A stretch of 64,000 nucleotides of DNA, taken from positions 53,756,001 to 53,820,000 of the forward strand of contig NC_045696.1 of assembly GCF_009834535.1 (NCBI RefSeq). Reading direction: 5' to 3'. The notes beneath the pieces were generated by a model that made no database searches, had not been told where the DNA came from, and saw only the letters and a program-made list of their open reading frames with translations. The first letter of the stretch is position 1. Each line of letters opens with the position of its first letter. Shown here piece after piece: positions 51,225 through 64,000 of the stretch. This stretch comes from Camelus ferus. Its lineage: Eukaryota. Both the position numbers and the translations under genes were made by a program.

Positions 51225-51775
51225 TCAACATTCATTTGACACGTTTTTGGTAGCTACTATGTGCCAGGAACCATAGTAGACACTAGGGATAGAATAATGA
51301 ACAACAGAGACGTGTTTTCTCTTCTCATAATAGCTTAGAGTCTAGTGGGAGAAAGTACACATGGATCAAATCATATAAACAAATGTGAAAAGGCAACAGT
51401 GACAAGTCCCAACATGGAAAAGTATGTGCTGTTCTGAAAATCTGTCACATTATTTGATCGAGCCAAGAGCCTTCCCAAGAAAATGATTAACCCAAGATCT
51501 AAATGGTGTCTTAAAGAACAAAAAGGAGAAGGAAAGGGATTAGGTAGAGGGCATGTCACATGAAAATGCCCTCTGATGGCAGGGAGTAGCATGGGTACCT
51601 GGAGCTAAAGAAGAGTGGTGGGAAGTAAAAGAAGAGCCTGTAGGAGATGAGCTTGGAGACGCTGGTCGAGGCTGACTATGTAGGACCCTTCCCATCCAGT
51701 TAAGAAGTTTCATCTCTATCCTAAGAGCAAAGAGAAATCAGGGATGGGACTTCAGGAACATGATTAGATTTACCT
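51225..51775 (-). mobile_element. L2 3' region
   Basis: cattcatttgacacgttttt...ctactatgtgccagg...gcttagagtctagtggga...tatcctaagagcaa. Confidence 0.75.
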
Positions 51776-53999
51776 GTCAATCAGCTTTCACTTGATAAAG
51801 CAAAGAGCTGAGGCAGATTTGTCTAGAGTTATGCTGTGGAGAGAACTAAATAGTGATGCAGTAGCTTTATTGTTATTCTAGATTCTGCTCTGGATTGATA
51901 AACCTAACTTTTCTTGAATGTCTCATTTCTGTACAATACACTATGGGTCTAGACTGGACAGTGCCAGGGGGACAACCAGAAACTCTTGTCCTCTGGTTTA
52001 TTTCTGCATTATTTGTATTACTGAGGTGGATTTTGACACCTGAAGGATGGTCATAGGTCTCACAGGATTCCAAGAAAACAGACTCATGGTTCTTCCAGGT
52101 GAGAAGAAACACAACTGTATGTTCCCTGGGAGCATTCTTGGGTGAGACACCAAGTGCTGGCCAATATGCCCCAGAGAGAGAACTAGAAACTCTCAAGTGA
52201 TTCTGGTAATTCTTCCTCAGGCCTTGTGCAAGTTCTATATATTTTTTCCATTTTTCAATTAAATACACAATATCATCTTTATTCCTAGAAACTATATACA
52301 TTCCATTAGAGATTCCCATTCTTGCTAACTAGCATCTCACAACCACACAGCCATCATTCAGAAAATGATGCCTCACCACATTAAGGGCCAGGAAGCCTAC
52401 AATCCTCCGGCTTAGAATTTCCATTGTTCTTGGGTAATGGTAGGGTGTCCTTATTCAGTAGTCCTGGGCCCCACCTTCCTCTAACCCTGCTGCTGTGGTT
52501 CTAGACCAGTGAAAGAAGGAAAGGCCGCATGGGACATGGCCTGATACCTATCTCTTCAGCCTTCACAATCCCTGTTTCCTAAGTCAACACCTACAGAACA
52601 TTTTAGGAATTGACATTCAACATCAGGGGTGTTTCAGATGATAAAAATAACCAGACTTCTAGCCAGCTCTGGCTCTGGTTAGTGGACCAAGTATACATTA
52701 AGACACATCATACTCTCAATAAATATCCAAAAGGAATTCCATTCCCCTTGCTCAATGACTGAGCCCACTAATTGACCTGACAAGGTTGGGAGTTCTGGTC
52801 TTGATAGTAGAGAACCAGCAGAGGGACAAGAGAGAAGACTGAGGAAGAGTAAGACGGGGCAGGCTCATCCTCAGGTAGAGTGTTGTAGCCTGACTCTTAC
52901 AAAGCTGTAGGGTCTGGTCAATGACAAGAATTTAAGTTAATCCTTTGTTCCTTTGTGTGCCCCACAAGATCAGAGTATCTTCTACTCTAAAACTGTTCCC
53001 TGAACAAAATAAACTGTCTGGTAATGGAAAAGAACATAAGTCTGTTTGAAGAGCTTCTGAAGGCTGTAGTGGCTGTAACCTCCATTAAGACACACTGCCA
53101 ATAATAACAACAAAAATAGAGAAAAGGCATGAGGATTTGATGGCGTTATGCAGGGATACTCTTTTGGGGAAAAGGGATTAGAACGCCAGGGAGCACATGA
53201 GTCTGAATGGCAATGTCTTGATGCTGCTTTTACTGCTTTGCATGCTTTTCCTGCTGTTCCTCCGAATAAGGGTAAATGGATTTTATTCGTTTTCAAATAG
53301 TCTAAATAGTATATCTATTACCTTTTTTCTCTTATTATGCTTTCCTCTCTTTGCCATCTTTATTAAAATGAGAATAGAATGGTTAGTGACTGTGATCATT
53401 AGCTTGCAGAAGCTGGCTTAGGAAACAGATTGTTAGTGCCACCAACACAGGCCGAGGAATTCTATCACCCAGTCCCTGATGCAGCATGTCAATTCTCAGG
53501 GAACAGCTTATCCTAAATAGTGTTCGCTGAGATTCATAAATATATAATGACCGTGATCCTTAAGTAAACTTCACCCAAATCACTCAGTCCTGCACTAGTA
53601 ATGACCATGCACCAGCAGAAAGCAGTGAAAGGCAGCTGTTCTGTACTGTTTATAAAATTAGCTATTATTCAAATACTGTGCCGTTCACCCTCCACAGCTA
53701 AAAAGCTAACCTCCAGAATTTGGGAGAATGAATTCACTGCAGCGGACTTTCAAAACATCCAAGGTTAAATGAGAGGAGAAGATAAAACAAAGATATCAGG
53801 AAAAAGGAATGAGTAATGAAGAGCAAAACATGTTAGACGTTAGATGAACAATGCGATTTCCTCTAAGAATTTAAAGAGGTTATAAAGAAAAGTGAGAAAG
53901 GAATATATTTTTTAAACGCTTGATTTAGTTACCCCGTGGAATTAAAAATGAGTAAGTGGAAATACATACTTTATCTCTGGGTGAAATCTCATTATTCAC

Positions 54000-55330
54000 G
54001 ATAACGTTGGGTAATGACAGCATTTCTCTCTAAATTAATCTAGAAAACCAGCACAGTCTCAGTCAAAGTGCCAAGGTGATCTCAAGTATTTTTTATGGAA
54101 AACAAAAGCATGCAGAAAAGTCAGCATAACTGAAAAATAATGACAAACGGAAACTGCACAACTAAATACTAAAACATATTAAGCTACAGTATTTAAAATA
54201 GTTTACACTGGTCTAGATGATCAGAAAAACAATTGAAAAGTGAAATCATATATAGAGATATATACCTAAAGGGATTTAGTTTATGATAAACGTGAGTGAA
54301 AAGCAAATTAGGTACCAAATATTATTAAGACAACTGACTAGTAGCAAACAATAACAGTTGGAATACTGTCTTATATCTTACATGAAAATAAATTCCAAAT
54401 AGATCAAAGAATTAACAAGTATATAAACAGGAAGAGAAAAAGAGCAAGATTATATAAGGACAAAAGGAAAATATGTGATTTTTTTTCTCAAGTACCTGAG
54501 GTGGAGAATTAAAACAAAAAAAATCGTAAGATATTGATAAATTTGTATAAAAAATTAAAACTTCTGCCACTCCCCAAATTATCACAAACCAAGTCAAAAG
54601 AGACATGATAACAGGGAAAACTATTTCTAACACATATGATGTTCTAAGAACGAATACTTTCCATATTAAGGCAATTTTATCCATAAAATTTTAAAACTAT
54701 GTATTTGATAGAAAAATGAGAAAATGGCATGAATAAACAATACACAGAAACACAAAACACCAATGCTCAATTAGCATAAGAAAATATTCAAACTCACTCA
54801 TGAAGAGATTTAACCTAAAAGTTGGACCATCTTTTATATATCAAAATGGTAAAAATATTCAAACTTTGATACTACCTAACACTGAAGGGATACATTGAAA
54901 CACTACAGATATCTTGGTTGAGGTTAAAATTGGCACATTTTGTATAGCCATTGGCAGTATCTATAAAAATGTAAAATCCAACTATCTTTTGATCCAAAAA
55001 TTGGACTTCTAGAAATGTATTCTACAGAGATACTCACCAATTTTGCAAAATACATGAATAAAGACGTTCATTGCAACATTCTTTGTAATAACAAAACAAA
55101 CAGAACTATACAATAAAAACAAAAACCCTAGAAACAACCTAAATGTATCAAAAAAACCTAAGTCACTATGTAGTGATTAAAATGAAGTAAATCTATTTAT
55201 AGTGTATATTTAACATCCTAGCTGCAGTGTTGTGTGAAAAAAAATTATGTAGCTGTGTGTGTAGTTTAATCTCATTTCCGCTTTTTTTCTCTGAAAAATA
55301 TAAATTATATGTGAGCTTTTATAGTTAAGA
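54000..55330 (+). mobile_element. Highly diverged L1 (L1ME-like) ORF2 3' region
   Basis: aaaataaattccaaatagatcaaaga; tttgatccaaaaattggacttctagaaatgtattctacagagatact; gttcattgcaacattctttgtaata. Confidence 0.7.
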
Positions 55331-56059
55331 AAAACTAAACAATACTTCTTTGAACTCATATAACATCCCAAAGAAGTAATGCTTGGGAACCTCTCCTTGC
55401 CTACAATTTATAATCTAAACTTTAAGCCAACCAGTAATTCCTACTCCCATCTGTCCAAATCTAACTTATTCAGCCACAAGGACACCCAGCTGAAGTCTCT
55501 TCACTCTCCAAGTATTTTGCCTTCTGTAATGTTCCCAGGGACAAATGAGAACAGAACACAAGGAAGGAGACTGAATGAATCATTCGTATCGGAAAACATA
55601 CGAGTGTTCTAGATCTACAGATGTTATATAATGGCAAAGATGTCTGAACAGCAGTCTATACATAACTGCAGCTTTAAGTACCCGGGTATACAGGTAAAAA
55701 AAATAAGACCTATCAATTTTATCAATATTAATCTTGCTGAGTCATACAACTCAGCTAATCCGTAAAAGACAAACATGTTCTAAGGTGGAAGATTGCACGG
55801 GAGTATATACTTTCAAGCAACCTGTGCTGACATATCTTTCTCTAATGTTACAAGAACTCCCCCCTGCCCCAAAAAAAGAAAATTGTTAATCTGAGGGAAT
55901 CCTGAGTAAAGCTGTAGGAAAAACAGTCCACGATGCTATGCCCTCAGTCAGTCCAAATGACCAAGTAGAATAAGAGGAATCTGAACTGGCCTGCAGGATG
56001 TTACTCTCATTTTTTCCAGGCAGCATAAATTTGCCATCAACTTGTAGGTACTAGATACA

Positions 56060-56240
56060 TAGTTTCTGAAATTTGCCAATTTATCACCTGTTGATTTGGA
56101 CAAGTCACTTGAACCCTTGAATTTCAATCAGTAAACTATAAAGCTCATGTCCCAGGTTTGTTAAAAAGATGAAATGATAAGAAAAACAAAATGCTTGGCA
56201 GGGTGCCTAGCACAAAATAAATACTCAAAAATGCTATTTT
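56060..56240 (+). mobile_element. MIR SINE
   Basis: tttggacaagtcacttgaaccctt...gtgcctagcacaaaataaatactcaaaaa. Confidence 0.6.
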
Positions 56241-57679
56241 TATATTTTCTTTCTAATCATCCATTTGAAAAAACTGTCTAAGGTGAGGTTTGTCTTTTCT
56301 TTCATTCCTATACCTAGCACACGTAGAAACTCTGAAACGTGACAACCGGCATAATCTTTGACTCTCTCCCGTTTCTTTGTGCTGTTGGGCATCTGCTGGT
56401 CCTGTGTATCTCCCACAACACCGTGAACAATCAGGGTGCATGGGCTGCACACCCGCTTCTCTTGGTTTTCTCTTTCCGGTGTCTAGCACACGCACACACA
56501 GCAAATTCCCAATGAATGGTGTCGCCTTAGCTCTCTGGCAGCTGGAGAGATGCAGCACTTTCAGGTACAGTATTTACTGCCTGTGTCATACAACTGAGTA
56601 ACTAGTTAACCAGCCATCCAAAGAAGAAAATCACAGGTTGATCAGAAGTTATGGTAATAGTTCCTGTGGGTCGATTTCAGAATTCACCGTGTCACTCAGC
56701 GTTTAGCTCTTTCTCTAGGAGACACACTGAGGCTACGTGTCTTAATTCCCCTTCAGTATATGGGCTCTTGTACAAATGGATGCAGTAAGCAAGGGAGACG
56801 CTGCTAACTTCCTCAAGCTTGGCAAACATCATACCAGGAGTGTCATCTTTACTAAGAGATGTATAACATAACAGTCATAGAATGTTTGCAGGATAAATAA
56901 AGGTCTCATTCGTTGGATGTTAAAGCAATTAACATGAGTAGAGCCAATGGGGCAACAAAAGAAAAATCACTGAATTAGGCTCACACTTAATTTCACTTAT
57001 ACTGAGTCAATCCCTACTAATAAAACAGATGAAGTACTACTTTTCCTCATAGAAAAAGTTCAAGCTGATTTTTTTATGGAACTGCAACTCCTCCAAAGTT
57101 ATCATGGCAAGGAATAAATGGGATCACAGAACTGGTATCTGAAACCATAGCTACATTTTTCTGTGGCTGTTTTGTTTTATTTTGTTTTTCACATTGGTGG
57201 CTCCAGAATATCTAAATAGGAAGGGATTTCAAGGCCATCTGGTTAGAAGAGAAGGATGAGGACTTGCTTTGAAGGTGTCTGAGCAGCACAAGCATTCTTC
57301 TTGGGCATTTGTGGCCACGTGTCGGGGGTGTTCTGACAGAAGCCACTTAGCCATGCCGTGGCACTACCACATCATACTCACGTGCCAGCCGATATGGGGC
57401 GGATGCAGACTTTTACAAGAATGTTATTCTGAACCATCAAAGTAGCAGCTAATAATCCTTTAGCTACTTTGGGTATAAGTCCTTTCCTATAGAACTAAGT
57501 TTTCTCATCTATAAAATAAAGGAGCTGGATGAAATCAATTCTGGTATCCTGCAATTCTTTCATTACTAAAATGTCATTGATGTCTAAAAAGTGGTAAGAT
57601 TTTATGACACTAAATTCTAATTCTGGAAACTCTTGTTTCCAGAAAAAAAAAAAGCAACAGCACCATGCACATTGAGGGG

Positions 57680-57900
57680 TAGACGGCACATAGCCAGGCA
57701 GCGGAGCACAGCTGGAAAGGACCTGGCTTAGCAGGCACAGTCCTGGGTTCCAGACCCAGCGCCATCCCTGCCTCCTGTGTGTGCCCTCGGGCAAGTCCTT
57801 CCACCATGCTAAGCCTCAGTTCCGTCACTGTAAAATGGGGAGAATGGTTGTGACCTCATGGGTTGTGGGATCTGCTAGGTTGTAAGTACTGAGTGTTAGT
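57680..57900 (+). mobile_element. MIR SINE
   Basis: cctgggttccagacccagc...gtgtgccctcgggcaagtcctt...gcctcagttccgtcactgtaaaatgggg. Confidence 0.75.
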
Positions 57901-58827
57901 TGTTGTCCTTGGAAAGGAGCCAACCAAAATGTACGCAAAGGCAAATGAAGGGAGCATTTCACATTTCATGGACCAAAAAGACCTCTCTAAATCAGAATCC
58001 TGTTTACACAGGACATTTTACCCTCAAGTGTAACCAGCTGCACGTTTGTATTGCACTCCTAATACTAAAATGCTCATTTAATTTTAGTAATTAGCAGCAA
58101 GGCTATTGCAGTAATGCTCTTCTAGAAGGATCCTTCTCTCCTGTATTTCTAAAAAATAAATAAATAAATGGTGCTTCTGATTAATAGCTCCTATCGTCTC
58201 ATACAACAGACACCACTTTGATTTCTCCTTTTAACAGCAGTGAGGTCACACTCCTGTGTTTGTGACATAGCAGCAGGTTGCCATGGAGATGATAACTTTA
58301 TCAGCAACTCCGTTTGGCAGTGACTTCACAGCAAGGTTACCAAGAATCAGATGGGCTGTGAAGGAGACAAACCCCCCTGTCCAAACACAAAGAGCATTGA
58401 TAATTAATTAGCTGAAGCAGCAGGGGAAATTCTGAAAATGTGTGAAAGGTAAAACGATTTCTATTTATTACAGATTTGATAGTTCTATTCCTCTATTGCC
58501 GGAGGAAAATCACATCCCTCTCACCCTGGGGACCACTGCATGGTATCCTGAAGAAATGTGGCTCTAAGTGGTTTGAGTATTCTGAGGTTCATTTTCTAGA
58601 CCCACTGATTTCTTGGTTAAAGTAGCAAAATGAGTTATTTTTTGTGATTATGCTTTTTTAAGCCCCCTCCTCAAAAAAAGAGATTGTAGAACAAAGCAAA
58701 ACAAAACTACCTCAGATTACCAAGATGATTAAAGGATCACAGTGTCAACACATTCAGACTTCTAAAGGCCCGATTTGAACATACAAACCTTCTATTTGAA
58801 AATGCCTCCTTTGATGATAAAAGCCCT

Positions 58828-59189
58828 TGTATTAATTTTCTAGGGCTGTAATAACAACATACCACAGACTGGGAGACTTAAACAGAAAGTTACTTTTTCA
58901 CAGTTTGAGGATAGAAGTCCAAGACCAAAGTCTGGTTTCTTCTGGGCCCCTTCTCCTCGGCTGACAGGTGGCCACCTTCTTTCCCTGCATGGTCTTTCCT
59001 CCACACACACACATTCCTGATGTTTCCTTGTGGATCCAAATTAGCTTTTCTTATAAAGACAGCAGTCGGATTGGATTAGGGCCCACCCTGCCGGCCTCCG
59101 TTCAACTCCAAATACAGTCACATTCTTAGGTACGGGGAGTTAGGGCTTCAACATAAGACCCTGAGAGGGACACAGTTAGGCCAATACAA
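58828..59189 (-). mobile_element. MaLR solo LTR (MLT1A/B/C-like)
   Basis: tgtattaattttctagggctgtaataacaacataccacagactggg...ggattggattagggcccaccc...gggcttcaacata...gggacacagtt. Confidence 0.8.
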
Positions 59190-59828
59190 ATCCTACTTTA
59201 TCATTTGGATAAATATAAATTACCTAGCACTGTATACCAGATCTCCACCTCTTACAGCATTTACCCCTAGAAACACGCCACAAGCAGCGTACAGTGGAAA
59301 GCACATGAGATGACTAAAAGTTCTGCAAACACCCCTAGGCATCTAGGTGTCCTACCTTCACCAGCTCTCCACCTCTCTTCACCTTCCTTGTAAATCTCTC
59401 AGCCTCTTTTCAGATAACACCTCTTCTTTGACGACTTTCCTGACCACTGGCCGCCCCAGTAGAGTTAATTCCTGTCCTCCTCTGTACTTATTGGACATAA
59501 CTTATGTCCTCGCACATAACTTATTGGACTCTCATTGGCTTAACTGCATGTTGATGCAAGCCTGTTTCTCTGAGGAAATGGCGAGAGCTGAGAGGGCAAA
59601 CTGACATTCTTATTAACGCTTCTATCACCTATCTTTTCCTCAGTGCGTGGAACTTTGAAATGTTTTCTGTTTGCCTGAAGACAAAGCACTTGAACATTGT
59701 AAGGGAAAAAAACAAAAGCAAAAACGAAGAAAAAGTGTACGTTTAAAAAACTACCATCCTTTAGAACCTACCAAATGCGTGGGTAGACAGATATATGTGT
59801 GGAAGCTCTTCTCTCAAATGCAGGTGTT

Positions 59829-59936
59829 TCATATGTCTGCACCCTTTCAAGAACAGATTTTGAGTTGAGCTTACAACTCATGGTCAGTCATCTTGCATAC
59901 AAGCCCTGCTGATGGCCCCATCCCATATGAGTTGGG
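59829..59936 (+). repeat. Left copy of a ~100-bp direct repeat flanking the L1
   Basis: Ungapped hand alignment with 61137-61244; 75/87 identical over the core. Confidence 0.9.
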
Positions 59937-59942
59937 TTTAGT

Positions 59943-60201
59943 TTTTTACTTTTTTTTTGAGGTATAGCTGATTGACAACATATTAGTTTTAAGTGTACAA
60001 CATCATGATTCCAAAATTGTGTAGATTATACTCCATTTAAAATTGTCATAAAATATTGGCTATATTCCCTGTGCTGTACAATTTATCCTTGTAGCTTATT
60101 TATTTTATACATAATGGTTTATACCTCTTAATCCCCTATTCCCAACTTGCTTCACCCCCTTCACTCTCTACTAGTGTATACCATTGTGTGTGTTTAAAGA
60201 G

Positions 60202-60232
<31 letters not shown>

Positions 60233-61136
60233 TACACATACATATATATATATATACACATATATACACATACACACACACATATGTATATGCCACATCC
60301 TTCTCATCCATTCATCTATTATTAGACACTTTGGTTGTTCCCATACTTTGGTTTTTGTAAATAATGCTGCTATGAGCATTGGGGTGTATGTGTCTTTTTG
60401 AATTAGTGCTTTGTTTTCCTGCTATACCTAGGAGTGGAATTGCTAGATCCTATGGTTATTCTACTTTTAGTTTTTTGAGGAAACTCCATACTGATCTCCA
60501 CCGTGGCTGCACCTCTTTACATTCCCACCTACAGTGCACAAGGGCTCCCTTTTCTCCACATCCTCGCCAGCACTTATTTGTGTTCTTTTTGATGATGGCC
60601 ATTCTGACAGGTGTGAGGTGATATCTCATTGTGGTTTTGATTTGCATTTCTCTGATGATGAGTGATGCTGAGATTTTTTTCATGTGCCTGTTGGCCATGT
60701 GTATGTCTTCTTTGGGAAAAAAAAAATTATTCAGATCTTCTGCCCAGTTTATAACTAGGCTCTTTTATTTATTTATTTATTTTTTTGGATATTGAGTCAT
60801 ATGAGATGTTTATATATTTTTGGATATTAACTTCTTATCAGTCATAACATTTACAAATATTTTCTCCCATTCTGTAGGTTGTTTTTTTTGTTTTGTCAAT
60901 GGTTTTCTTTGCTGTGCAAAAGCACTGAAGTTTAAATAGGTCCCATTTATTTAGTTTTGCTTTTGCTTCCTTTGCCTCAGGAGACAGATCCAGAAAAATA
61001 TTGCTGTGATTTATGTCAAAGAGTGTTCTGCCTGTGTTTTCCTGTGGGAGTTTTATGGTTTCCGGTCTTACATTTAGGTCTTTAATCCATTTTGAGTTTA
61101 TTTTTGTATACAATCTGAGAAAATGTTCTAATTTTC
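59943..61136 (-). mobile_element. 5'-truncated L1 (ORF2 C-terminus + 3'UTR + poly-A) with an internal (TA)/(CA) microsatellite
   Basis: ORFs 60838-61164 ([20 protein letters not shown]) and 60456-60698 (MANRHMKK...[14 protein letters not shown]...[14 protein letters not shown]) are L1 ORF2; poly-T at ~59943-59958. Confidence 0.95.
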
Positions 61137-61244
61137 TCATATGTCTGGGCTCTTCCAAGAACATATATTGAGTTGGGCTTACAACTCATGGTCAGTCATC
61201 TTGTGTACTAGCTTTGCTGATGGATCCACTGTGGATGAGGTGAG
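61137..61244 (+). repeat. Right copy of a ~100-bp direct repeat flanking the L1
   Basis: Starts at the L1 5' truncation point; aligns to 59829-59936. Confidence 0.9.
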
Positions 61245-64000
61245 ATGTGAGGTTGCCTTCTTCCTCCAGTGAGAGGTGCCCAGGAGTGGCAACAACTGTC
61301 CCTGACACCAGTGGCAGTCAAGGAGTGAACCCTGTGCTTCACTATTCACTATTCTATCCAAAGCTCCTTGTGTGCACAGAGGTTAAAAATTAGGGGTAAC
61401 CTCCTCTGTGTCAGCTATACTCCCAATGCTGCAGAACTGTATTATCTCCAGGACCTTTTGGGGTTTTGAAGCAGAAAAGATGGCTGGAACAAATTACAAT
61501 CTCCTGCCCCATCCACCAGATTGGCATATAGTTGAACTACAGTAACTGTTGAATGAACAGCAGGTTAAAAATGTTGTCTCTCCTATTATTTTTGCATTAA
61601 CTGTGATCTAGTTTCTGAAGTTACAAGCTCACTTCCAGGATGTCATCAGATGGTGGGATTCGGAAGGGGGGTGGTATACAAATACCTTCCAGTGTTCTTG
61701 AAATTACACTATGTATCTTCAGCTGGCTCTACCTAGCATCCAAGAATATTCAACCATAGGATCATAGAGCTTTAGTTATAAAAATGACTTCTGTCCTTGC
61801 CTAGGGTCTCTGAACATGTAAGTCTTTGAGATATTTTTAATACTAATCTCATGTTCATCCCAGATGAGACTACATAGTTTAACATGGTTTAGTTAAAATA
61901 TCACCCTTCTTTACTTCGAATTAGAACATGAACTCAATGTGGCAACACTCAGTATCACACATATCTGAAGCTCTAGGCTCTAACTGAAAGTTCTATGTCT
62001 GTGAACACTTAAAAATGGGAGAACAATTTAATTGTTACTTGATTAATGTAGTAGATTTGCATGAAAACATTCCCAAACATAGGGTCTTGATGGAAAAAAA
62101 ATGGATACTTGGTAATAAAAGGTTAGGAGCCTATAATCTAGTTCAAAACTTTATAAAAATGAAATAATAACACTGATGATTAATGTTTAGTAAGTGCTTG
62201 CTATATTCCAGCCACTGAGATAATATCATTTAATTCCCCTGTGCCTTAAACAAATAAAAACAAGCAAAAAACGTTGGAGGACAGATTATTATTTTCTTCA
62301 CACTACTGATGAAAAAAAGCTTAATATTTGGCCTGAGGAGGTTACGTGACTTTTGTAGATTCCATGCTAATCTAAATTATTCTAATTTTTCAACTAGTCA
62401 ACATGTCCCTACTGTTTTATGCTTTATGCCAATTTGTTTTAGACCTGCCTTGTTAAGGAGAAATGAATTTGTTATTCATTAATTTCTTTTATATACAGTG
62501 CCCACTTGTCATATACAGGTAATCTCTGATGAAAGCACTTTTTTCTTCCGTAAGTAAAGTAGCAGGACGTAGCACTCCTAGTGTGGTACCCTGCCCCCTT
62601 GCACCACCTCATCTGAAACAGCCTCGCCTCTGTCTCTGCCTTCCTGGTAGGAGGCACCAAGGGAGAGATGATGGATAATTACTTGTCTGGTGGGGTTTTA
62701 AATTATATGAATAACTATCAACGAGAAAAAGGTAACAATCCATTCTCTCCTTAGTCAGTAGACAATAAGGACTTTGGGAAGTGAGAAAAACTTTTAGATG
62801 GAATGACTGATGTCCACTATCTGATTTTCTCTGAGAACATGACTAATTTCCCAAACCTGCAAACAAAGAAAATGAAATAAACAACAAATTTTAAAGATGA
62901 AACTACAAGCACTCCAGAATCAAAAGGACATGTTCAGTGTGAGTCAACTGTCACATCTCTAATCCTTCCAGCTGCTGCTATACATGAGAAAAAGGAGGAT
63001 AAAACCCCAAACTACATCTAGCCTGTTAGCTGGGTAATTTGATTTTCATGGATTTGTGAGCTGGTGAGGCACATCTGCCTCTCTGTGTGTGTAAGCACTG
63101 AGACTGGCAATTAACTCTGGTCCCTTAAGCAATCAAATGTGTTTGTTGGGACCTCACCCAAAGCCACCTCAGAAGGAGCACTATGCTAATGACCTGTGCA
63201 GGGCGGGACACACAGTGAAGTAGTTAGGGTGGCAGTCGGAAAGATACAGGCTTTCTTCTTAGAAGTATCTTTGTGAATGTACCTAATTGTACAGATTATG
63301 AAAAATAAGGTTGTTGGAGAGATTATTGGAATGGTTTTCAAGAATTTTCTTGGTGTGAGACGCAAAGAGATATGGAAAAACAGAAACTTAGAGAAAGATA
63401 ATAACACATAGAATATCACAAAGATTACTTTGCTTACAAAGAAAAGCACCTGCATCATCTTTCATATGTAAATCCAAATTTGATGTGTCAGAGGTGATCT
63501 GGACTATCTCCACAAAGGGCCCTCCCTCAGTCCCTCTCACAGCTGTCATTCAGTTGATAACATCTCTATCATGTATTTCTGCTGAAATGCATTATATTTT
63601 TTTTGTGGCTGAAATCAAATGAGGCACTGAGGGTCCCAGCAAATGCCGATACGCTGTTCTTTGTCCAGGCTCCTGCTGGAGGTCTTCACTGAGTGATGCC
63701 CTTGCTGCCTCTTTGTGCTTATTTAGGATGGGAGCATCTTTGTCATCTGGACCGATTTCTCCATCGTATGTCCAAACAAGGTTCTTAGAATTTCTCTATC
63801 TCACAATCTTATGTCAGCATTGCAAGATGTCAAGGAGTTTTTGAAGGGATACTGAGTAGAAAACTTGGGGTTTTACTTTTCCCTGAAAAGGAGAACTAGA
63901 GGGCCAAAGGCCAATCCCTTCCTTGTTATTTCCATAGGAAAACAAGAAGTCTATTCCTCTTCTAGTTCCTTGAGGATTGTGATCATTAATAAAGCACCAT

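Noticed and set aside
51873..52319. Longest ORF in the track (148 aa, minus strand)
   Set aside because: No recognisable domain, codon signal or splice structure; a length reachable by chance in 64 kb.
58049..58058. TATTGCACTC, matching the 5' end of miR-92b
   Set aside because: Only 10 nt match, and there is no precursor hairpin.
60194..61164. ORFs with clear protein similarity (also 20249-20575, 33518-33760, 3705-3935)
   Set aside because: All are broken L1 ORF2 fragments, not host genes.
1..64000. CRISPR array, operon or prokaryotic defence system
   Set aside because: The sequence is clearly mammalian; no regularly spaced repeats and no long ORFs.

Overview
AT-rich, CpG-depleted mammalian genomic DNA. 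It is most likely from a camelid (camel/alpaca), judged from two tRNA-Ala-like Vic-1-type SINEs, artiodactyl-type L1 3' ends, and no recognisable Alu, B1, Bov-tA or PRE-1 SINEs. I recognise no protein-coding exon, true RNA gene or CRISPR array; the window looks intergenic or deep-intronic. It is a layered record of transposable elements: old L2, MIR and CR1(L3); MaLR/ERVL LTRs; a hAT MITE; L1 of several ages; three ERV1-type LTRs; and lineage-specific L1 tails and SINEs, several with readable target-site duplications (TSDs). The most unusual structures are: (i) an L1 flanked by a ~100-bp diverged direct repeat (59.8-61.2 kb); (ii) a ~570-bp non-L1 insert carrying an older L2 tail nested inside an L1 (19.7-20.3 kb); (iii) tail-less internal L1 fragments; (iv) a MER41-like LTR with overlapping NF-kB/GAS-like motifs; (v) a few non-repeat islands with splice-site or transcription-factor motif clusters. 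I found no convincing novel biological system. Repeat family names come from memory of consensus sequences, not a search, and most boundaries are approximate.
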